In this document: one piece after another, positions 27,017 to 35,370 of the stretch
How the letters are laid out: every line of letters begins with the position of its first letter
Numbering within the stretch: position 1 is the stretch's first letter
Virus record (IMG/VR): IMGVR_UViG_3300028597_000008
Length of the DNA stretch: 53,894 nt
Reading direction: 5' to 3' (one strand)
Origin: an uncultured virus (IMG/VR IMGVR_UViG_3300028597_000008)
Taxonomy: Duplodnaviria > Heunggongvirae > Uroviricota > Caudoviricetes
Notes under the pieces: generated by a model
Told to the model about the DNA's origin: nothing
Database searches by the model: none
Seen by the model: only the letters and a program-made list of their open reading frames with translations
Position numbers and translations under genes: made by a program

Positions 27017-27412
27017 ATGCCATGCAATTGTGACCACATGGAACCAACCCAAAAAGAAACCCTGCTGCGCGCCGCCGCGAACAATCAGGTTTACGTTCGC
27101 ACCAAATTGAAAATGACGGTGCCTGCGTGGCTCAAGCGTGATGCCAAAGACATTTACGCAAAGGATGAACGCAGCGAAACCGAACTGTGCAAAATCCTGA
27201 CCGACCTCGGCAAAGCCAAGCGTGACGAACTGCTTTACGCCGATGCGAAAGACGCCAAAATGCGCGACGTCGCAACGTGGTGGGAAAAGCACGAAAAGGC
27301 CGACAAGGCGCGCAAGCTGACGGAAAAGAAACTGCGTACACAAAAAGCGCAGAAAGCCGAAGCGCTGGCAAAACTTTCGCCTGCTGATAAAAAAGCGCTG
27401 GGGTTGAAATGA
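27017..27412 (+). CDS. Lys-rich hypothetical protein
   Basis: AAGGA RBS; MPC..D start, WW..H..AD motif, A.AKLS..DK.ALGL end. Confidence 0.75.
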   Translation: MPCNCDHMEPTQKETLLRAAANNQVYVRTKLKMTVPAWLKRDAKDIYAKDERSETELCKILTDLGKAKRDELLYADAKDAKMRDVATWWEKHEKADKARKLTEKKLRTQKAQKAEALAKLSPADKKALGLK

Positions 27413-27594
27413 AAGATCAGTTAGGAACAGAAATTGAGAGCGGCGATACCGTCGCGCTCACCAACAGTAGCCACAACCTTTACACGGGCGTGGTTACGAA
27501 AGTCACAACCAAAGTAATTCACATCGGGCCAGATTGCTATCGTCGCCCTTGCGGTGTGATCGTCATTAAGAAGGCAAACCATGAACCTGTATGA
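27409..27594 (+). CDS. Small KOW/SH3-like protein
   Basis: MKDQLGTEIESGDTVAL...GVV.K.T.K pattern. Confidence 0.65.
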   Translation: MKDQLGTEIESGDTVALTNSSHNLYTGVVTKVTTKVIHIGPDCYRRPCGVIVIKKANHEPV

Positions 27595-27901
27595 AAAAGA
27601 ATGCAACGGTTCTCAACGCCGCACGGCTACGACGAAATTTGTTGTGAGCCGTTGGTACATTCCCGGTGGCTATCAATATGACTCGGCGTGCAACATCGAC
27701 ATTTTCTTCGACACCGAAGAGGATGCAGCGAAGTACGCCAAGGAATACGAAATGCCGCCAGAAATGGCGAGCATGTTCCCCATCGACAAACACGACGATA
27801 TCGTTGCACGTGTCAGCAAGAATTACCGCGAATACAAAAAGCGGTTCTGGCGCGATTTCCGCAACGAAGATCGCCCACTCGAATTCCGCCGTGAGGATTA
27901 A
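27581..27901 (+). CDS. Hypothetical protein
   Basis: AAGG RBS; overlap. Confidence 0.7.
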   Translation: MNLYEKECNGSQRRTATTKFVVSRWYIPGGYQYDSACNIDIFFDTEEDAAKYAKEYEMPPEMASMFPIDKHDDIVARVSKNYREYKKRFWRDFRNEDRPLEFRRED

Positions 27902-27903
27902 TC

Positions 27904-28617
27904 ATGAACATTACTGCACCGATGGTAATTCCTGAAAACCGTCAACTGACCCTCCAACAACGCCGCGCCAATTTCACCAAAGACCGCAACGACTTCGAAC
28001 GTGCAATGGCGCTAGTCAACACCAAAGCCCCGGAATACTTTTCGCAGTTCCGCACCGACACCGGTTACAACCAGCCGCATCTACACGATACGTTTTGTGG
28101 ATGGCGTCTGAAATGCGAAGAACAGCGCGAACGTATTCATTCGACGCTGGTTAAACCGGAACCGGTGATTTTGGAACCGACGCAATTTCTCGGCAATATC
28201 CAACGCACACCGACCGTGTGGTGGGCAGATACCGAATTCAAAGCACCGAGTCGGCAAGATCATGGCGTCACTACCGGTTACGTTCTGGTGCAAGGTCGCG
28301 ACTGGCCGCAAGCTGTTGCATTGCAGCATGGTCAAATCGTTTACGAACGTTCGGCCACTGGTTCGCAAGCAGATTACGTTGATATCGTTTGCATCGGTTC
28401 ATTCGACGTTGACGACAACGGTTTCCAAACTGCGATGTTGGCAGCAGAAGAATACACGCTCAACATTATGAGCAACCGCTACGTTCACGTTAAAACGCAT
28501 TTGAGCCTGCCAGCCGTTCGCGAAGGTGGCGGTGGCCCGATTCGCTGTGAACTGGTTCGCCTCATGGTGACGCATGAGGAATTTCTGGCCGATCAAGCAC
28601 GGGGATTTCACGAATGA
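27904..28617 (+). CDS. Hypothetical protein
   Basis: GAGGA RBS. Confidence 0.75.
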   Translation: MNITAPMVIPENRQLTLQQRRANFTKDRNDFERAMALVNTKAPEYFSQFRTDTGYNQPHLHDTFCGWRLKCEEQRERIHSTLVKPEPVILEPTQFLGNIQRTPTVWWADTEFKAPSRQDHGVTTGYVLVQGRDWPQAVALQHGQIVYERSATGSQADYVDIVCIGSFDVDDNGFQTAMLAAEEYTLNIMSNRYVHVKTHLSLPAVREGGGGPIRCELVRLMVTHEEFLADQARGFHE

Positions 28618-29087
28618 TGCGTTATAGCCTTTCCGTTGGAAACGTGCGTCATGTAATCGTCGGCAATTTCGACGAATTGTCTTTGCCGGTTTTGCAGCGC
28701 CTATTTAAATTCGGCGGGCATCACGATTACAAACACGAAGCACTGCAAATCTCGCAAGGTGGTCAAGTTGCTTTGCGCGGTTGGCAGTGCCGGGAATTCC
28801 TCGAAGACGACGAAGCCCCGCGTGATGAAAATGTGAGCCGTGGCGATAACAACATTATCGCTGCACTCGCAAATAGTCTCGACACCGAGTTTCGTTTGCA
28901 CGTGTTCGAAGACTACGAAGAAAAGATTGTTCTGCAAGACGCGCTGGATGAACTGGAATTGGACAGCGACAATTTGCGGGACGCTCTGAACAACGCAACC
29001 GATGCCGTACGTAAAGCCTACAACGAATTCTTTACGCACAACGGCCTCAAACAATTACTCAAAGAGAAAATCAACAAAGCGCCTTAA
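28614..29087 (+). CDS. Hypothetical protein
   Basis: ATGA overlap. Confidence 0.75.
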   Translation: MMRYSLSVGNVRHVIVGNFDELSLPVLQRLFKFGGHHDYKHEALQISQGGQVALRGWQCREFLEDDEAPRDENVSRGDNNIIAALANSLDTEFRLHVFEDYEEKIVLQDALDELELDSDNLRDALNNATDAVRKAYNEFFTHNGLKQLLKEKINKAP

Positions 29088-29105
29088 CGCGCAAGGGAGC
29101 CACAC

Positions 29106-29816
29106 ATGGTAAACGTAGACGGCAGCACACTGCTTTGGGTTTCGGCATTTGCATTGATTGGTATCGTGGTTATGGTGAAACCGATTTACAAGGCCACCAC
29201 GATTTTCTGGCAATCGGTCTGGTTCCTTATGGCCGTGCGTAAATATCGTGGCAACATGCGTGATTCGTTGCGTCGTCTGCCTAAGCTCATGGTACGTAAA
29301 TACAAAACCGGAAAGGCTGCGGACAATCTGCGCCCGCATCTGGTTTACCATTTCGAAAGCGGTGGGCGTGTTGAAAACAAAGTGACGCAAGATCAGCCGT
29401 GGCTAACCGCATATGCAAACTGGTTGATAGCTTCGAAAAAAGACCCGGAGCAAAGTGGCATGCATTTCACCATGCGTAGCAGTGTGGTTGAAAAGCATCG
29501 CTACACAATGCACCGCACGTGGTTAACTTTGCTGGATGATCGCCATCCGGTAATTCGGTTGACCTACGATCCAGACAGCACGATTACCGAAATGCTCGCA
29601 AATGAAATGTGGGCGTTCCTGATGACGACTGCTTTCTACGCGTCCGATATTAAATATATCGTGATCGAGAATTGCCCGGATATCGTCGGATACATCAGCA
29701 CCGCCCCGTGCGAAAAGATTATTGCAAACGGCGTGGAATGCACAATCTTCGCACCATCACAGCACCTACTTAAAACAATTGGCGTTGAGGCTCCAAATGA
29801 AATACTACCTGCATAA
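29106..29816 (+). CDS. Membrane-anchored hypothetical protein
   Basis: GGGAG RBS; N-terminal hydrophobic segment. Confidence 0.75.
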   Translation: MVNVDGSTLLWVSAFALIGIVVMVKPIYKATTIFWQSVWFLMAVRKYRGNMRDSLRRLPKLMVRKYKTGKAADNLRPHLVYHFESGGRVENKVTQDQPWLTAYANWLIASKKDPEQSGMHFTMRSSVVEKHRYTMHRTWLTLLDDRHPVIRLTYDPDSTITEMLANEMWAFLMTTAFYASDIKYIVIENCPDIVGYISTAPCEKIIANGVECTIFAPSQHLLKTIGVEAPNEILPA

Positions 29817-30159
29817 CAGCAGCAAGCTCGTTAACGCAATCGGCACGCAAACTTTTGGCCGGTTGATTCGCGAACTGGAAAAGGACGGATACGAAGCTGC
29901 GCAGATTTTGAAAAAGATGCGTGCCGGGGCTTTGAATGAAAAGCCGTACCAATGCACCGAAGCGGAAACCAACGCTATTCGAATCGCACGCGGGGCCACG
30001 CCTTGGATACGCAACGTGCTGACCTCTGAATGGTTGGGCGATGGCGTCTCTAATCGCCTCACGCTAAGCCGCTGGCCCTTCCGCCCACCACGCCGCCACA
30101 AGGCAGTCATTAAAGGCTGCGTTACCTGCCCACACTGCGCGCACGAGTTCGCACCCTGA
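29797..30159 (+). CDS. Hypothetical protein with C-terminal CPHC
   Basis: GAGG RBS. Confidence 0.7.
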   Translation: MKYYLHNSSKLVNAIGTQTFGRLIRELEKDGYEAAQILKKMRAGALNEKPYQCTEAETNAIRIARGATPWIRNVLTSEWLGDGVSNRLTLSRWPFRPPRRHKAVIKGCVTCPHCAHEFAP

Positions 30160-30167
30160 TAGGGCCG

Positions 30168-30256
30168 TTGACTTCCTTAGTCGTTTGGGTACAATGAAAG
30201 CCACTGGGGCAAGTTGTGCCCGAACGTTTATAACTCACACCGATAAAGGAAGTTGA
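30168..30256 (+). promoter_or_regulatory. Sigma70-type promoter plus conserved leader, copy 6
   Basis: TTGACT-16-TACAAT; GGGCA-AGTTG-TGCCC; CTCACACCGATAAAGGAAGTTGA. Confidence 0.8.
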
Positions 30257-30258
30257 CC

Positions 30259-30693
30259 ATGACCCCTACCATTTTCCCAAACACTGACGCTTTCGTTGCT
30301 TTGAATGCACAGCGCATTGCAGGCAAACTTACTGCGACCGAGTTGTATAACGCGCAGTGGGCGTTGGCTGTTGAACAGGGAATCAAAACCCACGACGAAA
30401 TGATGGACGATTACGCACGTCTGCCATATACGTCGGCGTGTGGTAAATACGATTACCACGGCACCGAATTGCAGGAAGACTGCAAATACTCCGAAGCGTT
30501 CGTTTGCCTTGAGGATGCAATCAAGGCCCACGAACAGAATAAGAGTTACCCGTGGAGCCGCATTGAATTGCGCGACGGTGATTTCATTTACGAAATCGAA
30601 CCAACGCGCACGCATCGTTTGCGTGAACACGGTGACGGCGTGAAACGTTACGACCCGTGCGATAGCGACGGGGCTTTCTTCAACCGGGATTAA
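30259..30693 (+). CDS. Hypothetical protein
   Basis: ATG after conserved leader. Confidence 0.75.
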   Translation: MTPTIFPNTDAFVALNAQRIAGKLTATELYNAQWALAVEQGIKTHDEMMDDYARLPYTSACGKYDYHGTELQEDCKYSEAFVCLEDAIKAHEQNKSYPWSRIELRDGDFIYEIEPTRTHRLREHGDGVKRYDPCDSDGAFFNRD

Positions 30694-30698
30694 TTCTG

Positions 30699-30722
30699 AT
30701 GGGCATCTAGAATGGTGCCCAT
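30699..30722 (+). repeat. Conserved intergenic hairpin H6
   Basis: ATGGGCATC-TAGAAT-GGTGCCCAT. Confidence 0.85.
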
Positions 30723-30758
30723 TGTAATAAACTCCCCACCGCATAAAGGTCAATCAAC

Positions 30759-31082
30759 ATGGCACGCGCCAAAGCAAAACTCCCCGAACCAAACACAACC
30801 GTGTACACCGTGACCGAACTTAAAAAGCCGCTGGAAGTTCGCCACGGTGGTTTTGGTGATGGTGGCGTACCCGACGCCGATTTTCCATCACAATACGCCA
30901 TGAACGAACATATGGCCGATTTGTGGAAACGTCACGAGCGTAAATTCCGTAAGCGCTTCGCGGCGGGCCAATGCGTATATACGCAATTCAGCATTATGGC
31001 AAATCACCCGGAACGCACCGCTGTGAAAGGTTTGTTCTTTGTGCTGACCACCAACTTTTACGAAACCCCTAAAGAGGTTTAA
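30759..31082 (+). CDS. Hypothetical protein
   Basis: AAGGT RBS. Confidence 0.7.
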   Translation: MARAKAKLPEPNTTVYTVTELKKPLEVRHGGFGDGGVPDADFPSQYAMNEHMADLWKRHERKFRKRFAAGQCVYTQFSIMANHPERTAVKGLFFVLTTNFYETPKEV

Positions 31083-31085
31083 ACA

Positions 31086-31490
31086 ATGGAATGTACGAAC
31101 GACAACCCGTGCGGTTTGTGCAACGTGTGTACGCTTGAGGACGAAATTGAAGCGGTCATGTCGAATGCATTGTGGAAGAATTGCGAAACCACAAAATGCA
31201 CAGGCTGTGACCACTGCAACAACTGCCAGCACGGCGAAGAAATTAACGGCTGTGAAATTTGCAGCCCACCGCCGAAATGCTCGCATGGTTTTGTGTACAG
31301 CGAAGGCTGTGCAGATTGCGAAGAAGAACACGAACGGCGCATTGATGCAGAATGCGACCAGACGGAATACTGCAAACATGACATTGAGTATGCTGACTGT
31401 CATGAATGCAGCGCCGAAGCAATGGCACAGTGGGAACGCTCGCAAGAACAAGCCGAGTGGCGTCACTTTCACCCCAACACTGACGACTAA
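31086..31490 (+). CDS. Cys-rich acidic protein (18 Cys), putative multi-zinc-binding
   Basis: GAGG RBS; three CxH-x6/7-CxxC units. Confidence 0.7.
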   Translation: MECTNDNPCGLCNVCTLEDEIEAVMSNALWKNCETTKCTGCDHCNNCQHGEEINGCEICSPPPKCSHGFVYSEGCADCEEEHERRIDAECDQTEYCKHDIEYADCHECSAEAMAQWERSQEQAEWRHFHPNTDD

Positions 31491-31494
31491 CTTT

Positions 31495-31520
31495 AATGTG
31501 CATCTAGAATGGTGCACATT
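31495..31520 (+). repeat. Conserved intergenic hairpin H7
   Basis: AATGTGCATC-TAGAAT-GGTGCACATT; same loop as H6 with a compensatory G-C to T-A change. Confidence 0.85.
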
Positions 31521-31560
31521 GCAGATAAATCATCAGCCATACCCAACAGGGAATTTAATC

Positions 31561-32826
31561 ATGTCTAAATCCGCATATGAAAAACGCACGCCGGAAAGTA
31601 TTGACCTGCAAGTTCGCCGCGAAATTGCTTCAATGCTCGGTCGTAAAACCAGCGCAATCAAACCGGGCACGAAACTCGGTGCGTTAGATGGCGACGGTGT
31701 TTTCGATCTGGCACATTCGCTGGGTGACGTTTTCAATATCGACGTTGCCGAAGAAAAAGTGGAAAGCTGGAATTGCGTTGCACACGTAATTCGTGACGTG
31801 GCCGACGCGCCTTTGCGTGTGCGTACCGTGGGCATGACTCGTTCACCAAAAGCCACCGGTAAAATGAAATTCCCCGGCGTGGAAAAAGCGACAACGCTGG
31901 ACGTTGATACGCTGGCCGAAGAAATTGCCGACCGCGCAGCCGAACGAATGAAAAGCACCCGCGCTTTCACGTTCTCGCACATCGAAAACGAACTGCAAAT
32001 GCGTGACCCGCAGACCGACGATATTTTCGCCGTCGTCACAATAGTGGTGAGCGCGCAGCAAGTCGGTTTCACCGTAACGCATTTCCCGCAACCCGAGGAA
32101 CACACGTGGAACATTAGCGTGCCGTTCGCCTCGTGGTCGCTGGGTTCGCCTTACACGCTTTGCCGTCGCTTCGACATGGCCGCACAGTTGTACGTAAAAG
32201 ATCGCCCAAGCGATTTGCGCGAATGGCTGATTGAGACGATTGCTAACCGTGTGCAATTCCTGCCAATCGTCGCGCCGATGTTCAAGAAGCTGATCGGCGA
32301 GCCGAAAAAGAACAGTCCGTTTGTTGTGTCGGAAATCGGCGAAGCAATGGATATCGAAATCGACGATTCGGTTTTCGACATTTACACCAATCCAAACAAA
32401 ATGGAACAGGGTGATGCCGAAGCACTTTCCGAATCGCTGGATGGTTTCTTTAACCAGTCGTGGTACGCCAGCGACGAAGCCCCGGCGCCTGCTGCAAAAG
32501 CGAAACGTTGCGAACCTGAAAGTAATGCACCAATTGCTTTCCCTTCCGGTGCCGAGAATGCAATCGCCGATGAGCGTGAAGATTACGCACTGTTCGACGC
32601 GCTGCAAAAAGTGGGCACCGATTTGATTGCCCTGTTGTTTATTCGTCAACACGGTCGCGGTGAATACGACGATCTGATCGCCGAAGATAAACCGCTGTCG
32701 AAGACTCGCAACAAAATGATTGATTTGCTGGTGCGCGATAATGACGCCGTTACATTGGCAGAAATCGCAGAGTGGGGCACCAACGCCGAAATGCACGCTG
32801 TTGCAAAAGTTCTGCGTGCGCTGTGA
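31561..32826 (+). CDS. Protein with N-terminal degenerate ACP-like domain (421 aa)
   Basis: VRREIASMLG...IKP...LGALDGDGVFDL..SL.DVFNIDVAEEKVE....V.HVI follows ACP helix spacing but lacks the DSL serine. Confidence 0.65.
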   Translation: MSKSAYEKRTPESIDLQVRREIASMLGRKTSAIKPGTKLGALDGDGVFDLAHSLGDVFNIDVAEEKVESWNCVAHVIRDVADAPLRVRTVGMTRSPKATGKMKFPGVEKATTLDVDTLAEEIADRAAERMKSTRAFTFSHIENELQMRDPQTDDIFAVVTIVVSAQQVGFTVTHFPQPEEHTWNISVPFASWSLGSPYTLCRRFDMAAQLYVKDRPSDLREWLIETIANRVQFLPIVAPMFKKLIGEPKKNSPFVVSEIGEAMDIEIDDSVFDIYTNPNKMEQGDAEALSESLDGFFNQSWYASDEAPAPAAKAKRCEPESNAPIAFPSGAENAIADEREDYALFDALQKVGTDLIALLFIRQHGRGEYDDLIAEDKPLSKTRNKMIDLLVRDNDAVTLAEIAEWGTNAEMHAVAKVLRAL

Positions 32827-33179
32827 GTCGTCGTATCGTTGCGCGCTTTGATGATCGAACGCGCATCGTGCGAATATCCAACGAAAAAGAATCCCGCTAC
32901 GAATTGCTTTCGCGTGGCGGGAAATTTATCGGTGGCGTGTGTACGTACGACAATGGCGCAATTCACATTGACCAGCTTTTCGTTGAGCCTGATTACTGGC
33001 GGCGCGGTTACGCAACGCGCCTAATGAATCAAGTCCTCGAAATCAAAACCAGTCGGTTCACGTTGGACGTTGTGTGGGATAACGAACCGGCTTTAGCGCT
33101 TTATCACAAACTTGGATTTAAATGCACAACTGAGCATGAAGACTCGGACGGTTTATTTTTGATGGAGAAAAAGGTATGA
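32823..33179 (+). CDS. GNAT-family acyl/acetyltransferase
   Basis: LFVEPDYWRRGYATRLM (motif A) and N.PALALYHKLGF (motif B); GTGA overlap. Confidence 0.9.
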   Translation: MSRRIVARFDDRTRIVRISNEKESRYELLSRGGKFIGGVCTYDNGAIHIDQLFVEPDYWRRGYATRLMNQVLEIKTSRFTLDVVWDNEPALALYHKLGFKCTTEHEDSDGLFLMEKKV

Positions 33180-33622
33180 GCAAAATTCTCGCCGGTTATG
33201 TTCTGGCTGTCGCAGCGGCACACGAAGCGGCCTACAATAAAGCCGGGGCCGATGCTGCAACCGATGAATATCTGAAAGGCGGTGATCGTACGGAAGTCGG
33301 CGCGCAGATGTTTGTTGACTATGCGCAATTCCAAACCAAAACGATTTACCAGTGCGCCGAAGAGGTTGTGCCGCATCTGTACCGCCAGCCGGTTTATCTG
33401 CTTCTGCAAACCGCGTGGAATGACGCGCTGATGTGGGCAAACGATACGATGGCGCTACGTGATGCAGACGGCGACGACACGCACAATTTCCGACTCGGCA
33501 TTGAAACGCCAAACGGCACGGTCGATTACCAGTTGAGCGCACAGAACGAATTGTGCGCTGCGTTCAAACTCGGTCAAATCTTCCATCAAGACCTGAGCAT
33601 CGAAACCGTCAAATTGCTGTGA
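33176..33622 (+). CDS. Hypothetical protein
   Basis: ATGA overlap; GGAG RBS. Confidence 0.75.
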   Translation: MSKILAGYVLAVAAAHEAAYNKAGADAATDEYLKGGDRTEVGAQMFVDYAQFQTKTIYQCAEEVVPHLYRQPVYLLLQTAWNDALMWANDTMALRDADGDDTHNFRLGIETPNGTVDYQLSAQNELCAAFKLGQIFHQDLSIETVKLL

Positions 33623-33629
33623 CCTGTTC

Positions 33630-33657
33630 AACTGCACATTTTCTCAAGTGTGCAGTT
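33630..33657 (+). repeat. Conserved intergenic hairpin H8
   Basis: AACTGCACATTT-TCTC-AAGTGTGCAGTT; outer TGTGA/TCACA. Confidence 0.85.
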
Positions 33658-33693
33658 TAGCGAAATCACATGAATAACCAAACGAGGCAAACC

Positions 33694-34578
33694 ATGAAAA
33701 TGAAACAAGCAACCATACGCGGCATGTTCCCAAAACACGCAATCGCGTTCCGCGCTGATGAAACGCTTTTCTACGCGAAGGCCGACAAGAAAAAAGAAAT
33801 CGTCGTCGCCCGCATCGCCTTAAAGACGGATGACAGCCTGACCATTTCTGTACCGATGGGCAGCAAACAAAAGCTGACCACGTTCGCGAATGTCAATCTG
33901 CTGAAAGGCGGTCGCGCAGCAATTCGCAAATCGCTGGAAAGCGCACACGAACGCAACGGTAATTACGTTCCGGCGCCGACCGATAAAATGATCGACACGG
34001 CAAAGGCACGTGTCGTAATCCTGCAATTCGAAGTCGCAGTAACGTTGCTGGCTTCACATTTCAACAAAGGCGTGGATATCCGCGATTGGGATTTCCTGAC
34101 GGCAGCGGCCAAACGCGAATTCCACTACGTCGGCAAGAAAAAGCCTGATCCAACTGCAAAGCTGGCAAAAGAAATCACCGGTGATTTGGTGAAAGAAGCC
34201 GATGGCAAAAAACCACGCAAACCGCGCCAGCAAAAAATCACCGAAGGCCAAGCGCTTTTGCAAGCAGTGGGCGCAACCTTCGACGGCAACGGGCGCATGT
34301 CCACCAACACCAAACCCGCCCCGAAGAAAGCCGCTGCAAAGCCTGAGCGTAAAGCGCACTCTGTAAGCCCCGCAAAGGCCCCTGTGAGCGCGAAAGCAAA
34401 CGGTGCTGTACCTAGCGCCGGAAAATGGACTGGCGCCGACGACGCGATCTATACGGGGCTTCTGGAAGACATGCGCAAACTGACCGGGCGTCTCGCACAA
34501 CTGGATAGCGCACGTAAGCGCGGTATCAGCATCATCGAATACGACGCCAAAGCAAAATCCCGTCGCGCCGCAAAATAA
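33694..34578 (+). CDS. Basic Lys/Ala-rich hypothetical protein
   Basis: GAGG RBS; KPAPKKAAAKP low-complexity segment. Confidence 0.8.
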   Translation: MKMKQATIRGMFPKHAIAFRADETLFYAKADKKKEIVVARIALKTDDSLTISVPMGSKQKLTTFANVNLLKGGRAAIRKSLESAHERNGNYVPAPTDKMIDTAKARVVILQFEVAVTLLASHFNKGVDIRDWDFLTAAAKREFHYVGKKKPDPTAKLAKEITGDLVKEADGKKPRKPRQQKITEGQALLQAVGATFDGNGRMSTNTKPAPKKAAAKPERKAHSVSPAKAPVSAKANGAVPSAGKWTGADDAIYTGLLEDMRKLTGRLAQLDSARKRGISIIEYDAKAKSRRAAK

Positions 34579-34596
34579 GCCGGTAGGCTTTCATCT

Positions 34597-34616
34597 GGCG
34601 ATTCGAAAGAGTCGCC
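34597..34616 (+). repeat. Conserved intergenic hairpin H9
   Basis: GGCGATTC-GAAA-GAGTCGCC (GNRA loop); outer TTTCA/TGAAA. Confidence 0.85.
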
Positions 34617-34643
34617 TTTTGAAAACCATTGGAGAACTAAAAA

Positions 34644-35012
34644 ATGCCTCAAGTTAATAAAGGTAACAAACACACCACAATGCAGATTGAAACGCTGCAC
34701 GTTCTGGATATCGAATTGGCAAAGCGTGTGGGAATTGTTGGCCCGTACGATTTCGTCAATCACGGTTTGCGTGGTTACACTTCGCCGGATCGTTGGCCGA
34801 CAACTTTTCGCCCGTCGCTATCTGCGTGTGATGCCTTGATGGTTGCTGCGTCATTGAACATGCACGTGCAATTTCAGGATCGTTGTGTAAATGCAGAAAA
34901 CGATTCGGGCAGTTCTTCGCATAGTCACACTGGCGAGATTGCGGAGAAATTGCAGGCCATGTGCAAAGCGATTATGAGCCTTGCTTCGATTACGTTGGAC
35001 ATACCGCTATGA
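34644..35012 (+). CDS. Hypothetical protein, possibly NinX/ABA-sandwich-like
   Basis: GGAG RBS; LD..LA..VG, F.PS....DA..V and AMCKAI pattern (weak). Confidence 0.65.
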   Translation: MPQVNKGNKHTTMQIETLHVLDIELAKRVGIVGPYDFVNHGLRGYTSPDRWPTTFRPSLSACDALMVAASLNMHVQFQDRCVNAENDSGSSSHSHTGEIAEKLQAMCKAIMSLASITLDIPL

Positions 35013-35188
35013 ACCTCGGCAGTCCACAAGTAGTGCATTGGCTGGGCATTGCGTGGGTTGTCGTTATGGTTTTGTTTGCCGCCAGCATGCTCTACATAAT
35101 TGTTGATTCGGAACTCGCGGCGCGGCGCAGAGAACGCAACGACCGCGAATGGGAAGAGAAATACGGAAAAGGAAAAGGAAAGCAATGA
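35009..35188 (+). CDS. Small membrane protein
   Basis: ATGA overlap; one hydrophobic segment. Confidence 0.65.
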   Translation: MNLGSPQVVHWLGIAWVVVMVLFAASMLYIIVDSELAARRRERNDREWEEKYGKGKGKQ

Positions 35189-35370
35189 ACGCTTCGCAGA
35201 TTATTGAAAACGCGCTGGGCATTTCAGACCTCGATCTGTTGGCAAACAGCGTAATCGACGCCGTTGGCAATCCTGCCGAATTTACCAAAGCGGATAAACT
35301 GGCACTGCTCGACGAAATGCAGAAACGCCTGTACAACGTCCGCACTCGCATCCTCATGGAGAACGAATAA
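35185..35370 (+). CDS. Small hypothetical protein
   Basis: ATGA overlap; AAGGA RBS. Confidence 0.7.
   Translation: MNASQIIENALGISDLDLLANSVIDAVGNPAEFTKADKLALLDEMQKRLYNVRTRILMENE

Noticed and set aside
31135..31560. N-terminal 142 aa of the track's 563-aa ORF
   Set aside because: Overlaps the Cys-rich gene and hairpin H7; ATG 31561 has an RBS and begins the ACP-like domain.
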